Assembly (NCBI GenBank): GCA_963780225.1
Contig: CAWAAX010000004.1
Location: 128,001-192,000, forward strand
Length of the DNA: 64,000 nucleotides
Source of the DNA: an uncultured bacterium
GTDB lineage: Bacteria; Edwardsbacteria; AC1; EtOH8
Direction of reading: 5' to 3'
Shown here: in pieces, positions 55,877 to 64,000 of the stretch
Numbering within the stretch: the stretch's first letter is position 1
Layout of the letters: the number at the start of each line of letters is the position of its first letter
The notes under the pieces: generated by a model
What the model was told of the DNA's origin: nothing
What the model saw: only the letters and a program-made list of their open reading frames with translations
Databases searched by the model: none
Made by a program: the position numbers and the translations under genes

Positions 55877-56848
55877 ATGAAGAAGGCGCTCCTGTTCCTG
55901 GCGGTAATGTCCTATACGGCAGAGTTTGCTTTGGCTCAGGATTGCGGCTTCTCATTCCTGCGGCTGCCCCTCAAGGCCCGGGCCGTGTCCATGGGCGAAG
56001 CCCTGGTTGGGGCTTCCGACGACCTGGCCGGCCTGCCCTACAATCCGGCCGGCCTGTCGCTGATCAAAAGCCGCCAGGGTTCGGCCGGCTACACCAATTA
56101 TGCCGCCGACATCCAGACCGGCAGCGTCAGCTATGTCCAGCCCTGGGACCAATGGAGCACTTACAGCGCCGGGATCTCCTATCTCAACAGCGGCTCCATC
56201 AAAGAGACCACCCTGGACCTGCCCACCGGCACCGGAAACACCTTCAGCTACAATACCCTGGCTTTGTCGCTGGGATACGGCCGGATCATAACCTCCCAGC
56301 TGTTTGCCGGGGCCGCGCTGAAAGGGGTCTACGACAAGGTGCAGGAATACTCGGCCGCCGCGGTGGCCGTGGACCTGGGGGCATTATATGAGATAGACAT
56401 GGATCAGGCGGCTAAATTCCTGTTCAAGGCTAAAGGCCCTCATAAGTATGGCAGCAGCCTGACCGCCGGGTTTGCGGTACTGAACCTGGGGGTGGCCGCC
56501 AAAGCCTTTGTCACTGAAAAGGAGAAACTTCCCCTGACCTTCCGGGGCGGGCTGGCCTACCGGCCCGTCATGAACCGGCTGACAATTGCCCTGGCGGCCT
56601 CTAAGGCCGTGGATACCGGGATCAAAGCCCAGCTGGGCCTGGAGTATTTTGCCAAGGATGCTTTGGCCCTGCGGCTGGGATACAACGGCGCCATGGGGGA
56701 CATTAAGACCGGCTCCGATCTGGACGACTTTACCGGGATGGCTTGTGGTTTGGGAATTTACGTCCGGAAATACAGGCTGGACGTGGCTTATGTTCCGATG
56801 GGAGGGCTGGGGAATCCACTGAGAGCGGATATCAGCGTAGAGTTTTAA
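55877..56848 (+). CDS. PorV/PorQ-family outer-membrane protein
   Basis: FLRLPLKARAVSMGEA, YNPAGL, DLG, ALRLGY, C-terminal Phe. Confidence 0.82.
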   Translation: MKKALLFLAVMSYTAEFALAQDCGFSFLRLPLKARAVSMGEALVGASDDLAGLPYNPAGLSLIKSRQGSAGYTNYAADIQTGSVSYVQPWDQWSTYSAGISYLNSGSIKETTLDLPTGTGNTFSYNTLALSLGYGRIITSQLFAGAALKGVYDKVQEYSAAAVAVDLGALYEIDMDQAAKFLFKAKGPHKYGSSLTAGFAVLNLGVAAKAFVTEKEKLPLTFRGGLAYRPVMNRLTIALAASKAVDTGIKAQLGLEYFAKDALALRLGYNGAMGDIKTGSDLDDFTGMACGLGIYVRKYRLDVAYVPMGGLGNPLRADISVEF

Positions 56849-56863
56849 AACTTAAGATCTCTT

Positions 56864-56892
56864 AATGGGCGGCCTGAAACCGCCCATTTTTT
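56864..56892 (+). terminator. intrinsic terminator
   Basis: AATGGGCGG/CCGCCCATT followed by T run. Confidence 0.8.
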
Positions 56893-56918
56893 GATTAACA
56901 GAATCTGAGGGTGCAGAC

Positions 56919-58013
56919 ATGAACAATTCCGATTGCATCGAGATAATCAATGACCAGCCGGAACACAGCGGGGCTGGGGTCTATGCCTGGAACCTTTACC
57001 GGAACCTCAAAGACCTGACACCGGTGAAAATGGCCTATTATAACAGCCAAAAAGGCAGTTGCGAGTTCTACGGGGCCAAGGGGCTGGAGTCCACAATAAA
57101 TGTCGGGATCAAGAGCCCCAAGCCGCTCTTTTGGAGGCAGTGCAGCCGGTCTTACCGGCATCAAAAAAACGTCCATGTACTCAGCCAGAACCTGTCGTTC
57201 CTGAAGGCCGGGAATAAAAGAATAGTCACCTGCCTGGATCTGATCCCTCTTTTCATGCCCTCGACCCTGCTGGAGAAATGCTGGCGGACCTTCCTTTACT
57301 CGGGGATAAAGAAAGCCGACCACGTGATATCCATCTCCCAGGCCACCAAGAACGACCTGGTAAGGATATACAAAATGGATCCCCAAAAGATCACACCGGT
57401 TCTGCTGGGCGTTACCCCGGAATACAAACCTTACAGTAAAAGGGCCAGCCGGGAATTGTTGGGGCTGCCGCAGGACGAAAAGATAATTTTGCAAGTGGGT
57501 ACCGCCGCTCCCCGGAAGAACTTCATCACGGTGCTTAAGGCCTTCAGTCAGATTTCCCGGGGAAATTCCAATGTCAGATTGGTCAAAGTAGGTCCGGTCA
57601 GCAAGAGGGATAGAGAGTTCATTGCCCTGAAAGGATTGGCCTCGAAGGTCTTGTTTCGGGAGTCGGTGCCCAAGGAACACTTACCTCATTATTATGCCGC
57701 CGCCGATGTCTTTGCTTTTCCCTCGTTGTACGAAGGCTTCGGCTTGCCAGCGTTGGAGGCCATGGCTTGCGGCTGTCCGGTGATCGCCGCTGATAATTCA
57801 TCTATTCCGGAGGTAATGGGGGATGCCGGCTTGATGATAGATTCCCGGGACGATACCTTGTGGAAGGAAGCGATCCTTTTGGTTTTGTCGGACCAGGGTT
57901 TGTCCCAAAAAATGACGGCCGAGGGATTGAAGCAAGCCCGGCTTTTTACCTGGCAGAAGACTGCGGAGGAGACGCTTAAGGTTTATCAAAACATTTTTGA
58001 AAACATTTCTTGA
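56919..58013 (+). CDS. glycosyltransferase family 4
   Basis: PRKN, FPSLYEGFGLPALEAMACGCPV. Confidence 0.93.
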   Translation: MNNSDCIEIINDQPEHSGAGVYAWNLYRNLKDLTPVKMAYYNSQKGSCEFYGAKGLESTINVGIKSPKPLFWRQCSRSYRHQKNVHVLSQNLSFLKAGNKRIVTCLDLIPLFMPSTLLEKCWRTFLYSGIKKADHVISISQATKNDLVRIYKMDPQKITPVLLGVTPEYKPYSKRASRELLGLPQDEKIILQVGTAAPRKNFITVLKAFSQISRGNSNVRLVKVGPVSKRDREFIALKGLASKVLFRESVPKEHLPHYYAAADVFAFPSLYEGFGLPALEAMACGCPVIAADNSSIPEVMGDAGLMIDSRDDTLWKEAILLVLSDQGLSQKMTAEGLKQARLFTWQKTAEETLKVYQNIFENIS

Positions 58014-58038
58014 CAAAAGTATTAAACAGGAGTAGCAT
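58010..58038 (+). promoter_or_regulatory. sigma70 promoter
   Basis: TTGACA-N17-TAGCAT. Confidence 0.55.
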
Positions 58039-58085
58039 TGTTATATAAAGGGTTAATTTAATCGCAATAAAGTTGAGAGCCAGTC

Positions 58086-60088
58086 ATGAAAAAGTCATAT
58101 TTTGCACTGGTGGCTTTAGCCTGTTTGTTTCTAACCACGGCAGTTTCCTTTGCCGGGACCTGGGTGGAATCAACGCAGGCCGATTTTGTCGATGGTGATT
58201 TTGAAGCCAACGTATTCACATCCACCGATGGCAGCGACAGCGGTTGTATTAAAACGGCCCCGGGAGCTTTTTACGATCTCAATAAAGACGGAAGGCCGGA
58301 CCTAGTGATAAGCAACATGCATGATGACTCTAGAAATTTCAACATCAACTCCTATATCTATTGGGGCAAGCACGACTGGGCATATTCGGCAGACAGTTGT
58401 ATGGGGCTGCCTACCCACGGAGCTACCGGCAATTCCATTGCTGACCTGAACAAGGATGGCCACCTGGATATTATATTCAGCAGTTACAACGATAATGTAA
58501 GTTATTGTACAAACTCTTTGATATATTGGGGCAGTAAAGAAGGATTTCAGATTGGCGATACCACAGGGTTGCCAACCATGTGCGCCCATGCAAATTATGT
58601 AGTGGATCTGAATAATGATGGATATTTAGACATCATCTTTGCTAACCATAAGAACGCGGATTATTCCAACAATGTCAATTCATATATTTACTGGGGCAGC
58701 AAGACTGGTTTCAGCTCCGGCAGCCGGACCGAGATAGTTACCATAGGGGCAACCGACATTGCAGTAGCGGATCTTAACAAGGATGGAAAGCTTGATCTGG
58801 TTTTTTCCAACCGGCAGGGTGTATACAGAGGCAGTTTTACCTTCAACCTGCCATCGTACGTCTACTATGGTCAAGGGACTGGCACGGTTTATTACGATTC
58901 CACAGCCCGGATGAACTTGAGACCCACGGGGCCTACGGTGTTTCCGTGGACGATATAGACAAGGACGGCTGGCTGGACATAGTTTTCAGCAACTCTCACG
59001 ATGGCGCCAGTTACAACATAAAATCATATATTTACTGGGGGTCTGCTACTGGTTTTACCTCCAGGCCCAGAACGGAGTTACCGACCAAGGCAGGTTATTC
59101 CAATACCGTGATTGATCTTGACCGCGATGGGGATAAGGATGTAGTCTTTGCCAACTGGTATGACCGGGATAGCCTGCCCTATACGGTTGATACGCATGAT
59201 GTCCCTTCATATGTTTACTGGGGGCCGGATTTCAACCTCAGGACAGATCTGCCCAGCCATGGGGCGCAGGGTATTCTTGTAGGCAAGATATCCAGCAATA
59301 GCGAAAACGATGTGTTGATTACCAACAGCGTTCAGGGCGAGGGTTTTTACGGAGCTACGTTCAGCACTTGGAGCTACATCTTCCATGGGGTGTCCAAGAC
59401 GGGATATAATAGTTACGATTCGATCCCGTCAACCTACGGCCATATATCCACCAAGGATAACGGGAATGTCCATGACCGGGGCAAAACCGAGACCTATAAT
59501 TCCTCGATTTTCGGCAACGGCACCGATACCTATGAATGGGGAGCCTGCAGTTGGACCGCCACCATACCAGCCGGATGCGCCCTGCAAATGCAATTAAGGA
59601 CCGGCAACACACCGGACCCCAATGACGGGACCTGGAGCGCTTGGGAGCCGGTGGTTAAATCCGGGGCGAAGGCAGGCCTGCCAAATTCAAAATACAGCCA
59701 GTATCAGGCCTTGACCACAGCCAATGATTATTATGAAACGCCGACGGTCGATGATTATTCATTGGTCTATGAAGTAGCGTCCGGGATTACCGGTGGATCA
59801 CAGAATGACGCTCGCAAAGAATCCTTCAAGGCAGTAGGAAAAAATGATTTTTCGGGAGCTTGGTTGAGCTATCAAATAACCGCCAATAAAAATGTAAAGA
59901 TATCCGTATATAACATCGAAGGGCGGTTGATGGCCAACCTGATCAATGCCAATCAAAATTCCGGCAGCTACCAGCTAAACTGGGATGCGTCCAATTCATC
60001 AGGAACCAGGGTGCCTTCAGGTATATATTTCTGCCGGGCGGCTATCGGAAACGATGTCTATTGCGCCAAGATAGTTGTTTTAAAGTAG
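58086..60088 (+). CDS. secreted FG-GAP/VCBS-repeat protein with FlgD/T9SS-like CTD (frameshift near 58912)
   Basis: Six DLNxDGxxD-type repeats with SYIYWG; WDA...VPSGIYF; KIVVLK terminus. Confidence 0.85.
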
Positions 60089-60103
60089 ACAGATAACTGT
60101 TAT

Positions 60104-60144
60104 AAAAATGGTCAGGCTCAACCTGGAAAGCCTGACCATTTTTT
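60104..60144. terminator. bidirectional-type terminator
   Basis: AAAAATGGTCAGGCT/AGCCTGACCATTTTT. Confidence 0.8.
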
Positions 60145-60145
60145 A

Positions 60146-60175
60146 TTGACCTGATTTGAGAAATTGTGATATAGT
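60146..60175 (+). promoter_or_regulatory. sigma70 promoter
   Basis: TTGACC-N18-TATAGT with extended TG. Confidence 0.55.
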
Positions 60176-60222
60176 TATGGCAAAGGAGTATATATAATCC
60201 AAAATTACAACAGCGGTAAAAG

Positions 60223-60882
60223 TTGAAAGAAGACAGTTATTACAAACAGCGGGTGGAGGAGGAAGTCTCAAAAAGGACTTACCGCTCGTCCAAATATTCC
60301 GACTGGCATCAGGAGATATTAAGCCACGCCAAAGGGACCGTGCTTGATCTGGGAGCCGGCGATGGGGCCTTCACCGGCCCGATGGCGCTGCAGGGTCTTA
60401 GAGTAGTAGCCTGCGATCTTTCCCGCGCCCGTCTGCAAAATCTAAAGACCAGCACCTCCGAATTGGTTGAACTGGATGCAACGGCAATTCCGTTCAAACA
60501 GTCGGTTTTTGATACGGTCTTATTTATCGAAGTACTTGAGCATCTGCCTGACCGGGCAGCCCAGCAAAAACTGTTGGCCGAACTGGGCCAAGTTCTGAGG
60601 TCCGATGGAGTAATAGTGCTGACCACACCCAACCGCCCGGTATATCGCTGGATGACCTTCTTCTGGAAATGGTTCGGCGGCCAGGCCCCGGACCCCACCC
60701 ATTATTCCGAACTGAGCTGGCCGGAGTTGGAAGCGCTTTGCCGGGAGAAGTTTGAGATAAGCTATGTCCGGGGGAAAGCCGGTCTGATCCCGATAAATGT
60801 TGTTCAGAAGTATTTTTCAAAACGTTTACATTTGTGTTATGATATCATGGTAGTGCTGAAACATAAGCCAAAAGCAGTATGA
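60223..60882 (+). CDS. class I SAM-dependent methyltransferase
   Basis: VLDLGAGDG, EVLEHL, LTTPN. Confidence 0.9.
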   Translation: MKEDSYYKQRVEEEVSKRTYRSSKYSDWHQEILSHAKGTVLDLGAGDGAFTGPMALQGLRVVACDLSRARLQNLKTSTSELVELDATAIPFKQSVFDTVLFIEVLEHLPDRAAQQKLLAELGQVLRSDGVIVLTTPNRPVYRWMTFFWKWFGGQAPDPTHYSELSWPELEALCREKFEISYVRGKAGLIPINVVQKYFSKRLHLCYDIMVVLKHKPKAV

Positions 60883-61794
60883 AGCGTTTTTTATCCGGGC
60901 CGGCCGTCAAAAAATCTGCCGCCTTATTGGTGGTTCTGGTTATTTCGTATTTCCTGGGAAACCAGTTATACCGGGGCTGGAAGGACATTCCTTTCTCCAG
61001 CCTACAGTTCAATTATTTCTGGCTGGTCTTCTCATACCTGGGTTTGTTTGCTTCTTTCGCCTGCTCAATAAAATGCCTGGCAGATCATTCTGGAAGGGCT
61101 GGGATACAAGATGAGCTTTGCCCGGTCGTGGTGGGTGATCACTGCTTCCTTTCTGGCCAAGTACATTCCCGGGCATGTCTGGGCGGTGGGCGGCAGGATG
61201 ATACTGTGCAAGGCCGAGGGCGTCTCCGAAAAGATAAGCGGCACGGCCATGATCATAGAAATGATGGGACTTTTGCTGGGTTCTCTGCTGGCTGGCATAG
61301 TTTGCATTCCCTTCATGCTGGCTCAAGGTGTACCTTCCTGGATATGGCTGATGATCCTGCCGGCAGCGATCCTGATCGTGCTTTTATTCTCACCTTTGCT
61401 TTTCGCTCTCCTGCGCTGGTCGGCCAAAATATTCCTGAAACGGGAGGTAACCCTGGCAACCAGCCCCGCCAGGTTTGGCGCGGCAGTGTTGTTGTATTTT
61501 ATTTCCGCCCTGATCCAGGGGGCGGCATTCTTTTGCCTGATCCGGGCCATATATCCCATCAGCCTTAAATTCCTGCCGGGAGCAATAGGCCTTTATAACG
61601 GAGCCTGGGCGGTCGGTTTTTTAAGCCTGATCACTCCCGGTGGTTTGGGGGTGAGGGAAGGGGCCATGGCCTTTTTATTGAAATATTTCATTCCGGTTCC
61701 ACTGGCGGTCATCATCTCAATCTTGGCCAGATTGTGGATCACGCTGTTTGAGGTTCTGGTGGCCTTGATCGGTTTGAAATTCAGAAAACAGTAA
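60879..61794 (+). CDS. lysylphosphatidylglycerol-synthase-like (UPF0104) membrane protein, frameshift near 61070
   Basis: AKYIPG, TPGGLGVREG, ARLW. Confidence 0.8.
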
Positions 61795-61806
61795 TTAGAA
61801 AAGATC

Positions 61807-64000
61807 ATGAAGAAAAAACAAAATCCCAAAGCAATACCGGCCGCTAAAACTCCGGTCCTGGCAAGCCGTGATCCGTTGAATAATTTCTGGCTGGCGGCCG
61901 GTCTGCTGCTGGCCCTGAGTCTGCTGTTTTTCAACCGGGCGCTGTTCTCCGGGCTGATGCTATTCGGCAGCGATTTCGTGGCCGGGGGCTATATGACCCG
62001 TAATTTCATCGTGGAAAGCATTAAGCAATTTGGGACGGTTCCCTTGTGGGATCCCCAGATATACGGCGGAGTGCCTTTGGCCAGCGTCGGCACTATGTCC
62101 GGCGATTACTGGTATTTCCCGATGACCGTTTTGTACTGGCTTAAGCTGGCTCCGGAGAAGATCGTCGCCGTCAGTTACTTTCTGCATGTACTGCTGGCTG
62201 GCATCGGCACATATCTTTTTCTGAGAATCAAGCGTTTTTCCGGTACGGCATCCTTTATCTCGGCCGTGGGTTATATGTTCACCAGTTCCATGGTCAGCTT
62301 GATTTACGCCGGTCATGATGCCAAGATCGCGGTCTCGGCGCTGTTGCCATGGCTGCTACTGTTCATAGATAAAACAGTGGGCACCAGGAAGCTTGTGTGG
62401 GCTTTGCTGGCCGGCTTGGTGATCGGGCTGGCCCTGATGTCACCCCACGTCCAAATGTCGTATTACCTTCTCTTGGCCGGATTCTTTTTTGCCGTGGCCC
62501 GGATATATCAAAATTACAAGTCAGAGAAAAACCGGAACAATATCCTTAAAACACTGGCTCTTGGCCTGTTAATGCTGGCCGCCGGGTTTTCTCTTTACGC
62601 GGTCCAGGCGTTGACCCTTCAGGACTACATAAAATTCTCGGCCCGGGGACAGGACAAGGGCTACGCTTATGCCACTTCCTATTCCATGCCGCCGGAGGAG
62701 ATTATCAACGTCGTCTGGCCGGAGTTCTCCGGTCTGATAGACAAGAATTCCGACAGCGACCCACCCATTGGTACTGGGGACGCCGGGACCTGAAACTCCA
62801 CACCGAATACGTCGGGGTTATTCCTTTCCTGTTGGCTCTTAATACGGGTTGTTGTACAGCCGGCGGAAAAAGTTGAAGCTATTCTTCATATTGCTCGGGA
62901 GTCTTTGCCCTGACCGTGGCCTTCGGCGGATTCACGCCGTTGTATTACCTGGTCTATTATCTGATTCCCGGGATGTCCAAGTTCCGCAGCCCGGCCATGA
63001 TCTTCAATACTGTTCTGCCTTTGCCGCCGCGGTACTGGCGGCCCGGGCGTCCAGGAATTATGGACGGCAAGTACCGGAAAAAAATTAATTCCGTGCTGTT
63101 GATTTGTCTTGGTTTGACCCTGTTGTTCGGGATTTGTTTTCTCCGCCAAGGAGGGGATGACCTCTATGCTTTCGGTTTTTGCGGCCAAAAATTGGGGCAA
63201 TCAGGCGCTGTGGCAAAGTTACGGCGAGATGCTCAAGGGTTATTGGGTGTTTTTTGTTTTTCTGATAATCGGCTCCGCACTAATAATTTTGCTGGCCAAA
63301 AGAACCATCCCGGCTTAAATGGTGGGCAATATCGGCGGGAATATTGATATTTATCGAACTCTGGAGGGTGGACGCTAATTTCATAAAAGTGGTGGATCCT
63401 CCGGCCGACTATTTTGCCAAGGATGAAGTTGTGCGGGCGCTGGAAAAGGACCAGGGCAATGGCATATACCGGGTTTGGCCCCTGCAGGTCCACCAGCAGG
63501 GCAGCTATCTAACCTTGTTCGGTCCTGCAACTTCGGTGGAGAGCATCCTAATCCGTTGAAACGTTACAATGAGTTTTTAGGGACTTCACCGGCCAGCTTG
63601 TTCCCGGATTACCACAACCTGCTGGCCAGTCGCGGGCAATTTATGAATATCCTTAATGTAAAATATATTTTAACGCAGCAACAGGTGAACCATCCGAGTT
63701 TTGTGCTGGCGGATTCTTGTTATAACGGAAAAGTGAAGATATACAAAAACCAAACCGTCCTTCCCAGGGCCTGGGTAGTGGGCCGTTACGAGAGTATAAG
63801 ACAGGAGACCGCATCCTTAACCGGATGAAGCAGCCGGACTTTGACCCCTTCAAATCAGTGATATTGGAGGAGAACCCGGCGGGGTTTGTTCCCCAGGAAG
63901 GTGTTCGGGTCGTGTCGGTTGATTTTTACCAGCCCAATCAGGTGGTAATGACCGTCGAATCTGCTAAGCCCCGGATAATGGTCTTTAGCGATAACCATTA
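61807..64000 (+). CDS. YfhO-family (GT-C-like) membrane protein, multiply frameshifted, runs off the window
   Basis: PLWDPQIYGGVP, HVQMSYY, SYSMPPEE, PGMSKFRSP, LNVKY, N..VLPRAW in successive frames. Confidence 0.75.

Noticed and set aside
58260..59230. CRISPR-like or DNA tandem repeats
   Set aside because: The periodicity is protein-level FG-GAP repeats with synonymous divergence

Overview
Bacterial chromosome segment with GC-rich coding DNA and the standard code (TAA, TAG and TGA all used as stops). Every credible gene lies on the + strand. Bases 1-36600 hold the core translation/transcription cluster: nusG 3' end, rplKAJL, rpoBC, str, S10, spc, secY-adk-map-infA-rpmJ and the alpha operon. 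Between rpoC and rpsL (10651-15138) it is interrupted by an integrase-less accessory island. The island carries a BRO-N protein bracketed by a duplicated rpoC 3' end plus terminator, and an AT-rich BsuBI/PstI-family restriction-modification pair. It also carries several palindromes that translate into motifs I recall from ORF6N and RhuM proteins, although they sit outside any gene. Spacers across the window contain small hairpin/REP-like elements of several families. These nest inside one another, inside the L1 autoregulatory RNA, and in frame inside ribosomal protein L17. Bases 36828-64000 hold housekeeping and envelope genes: GHL10, Eis-like GNAT, ychF, CN hydrolase, thiL, glnA, an Omp28/TlpA/DUF6029 CxxC cluster, manC, SPOR, a Big-domain Na/Pi cotransporter, ComFB, MATE, PorV/PorQ, GT4, an FG-GAP protein, a methyltransferase, a UPF0104 protein and YfhO. 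PorV plus FlgD/T9SS-like C-terminal domains suggest an FCB-related lineage such as TA06/Edwardsbacteria (inference only). Many single-base frameshifts, one of them in secY, look like long-read consensus errors. No rRNA, tRNA, CRISPR array, transposase or integrase was seen. All family assignments are by motif recognition; no database search was run.
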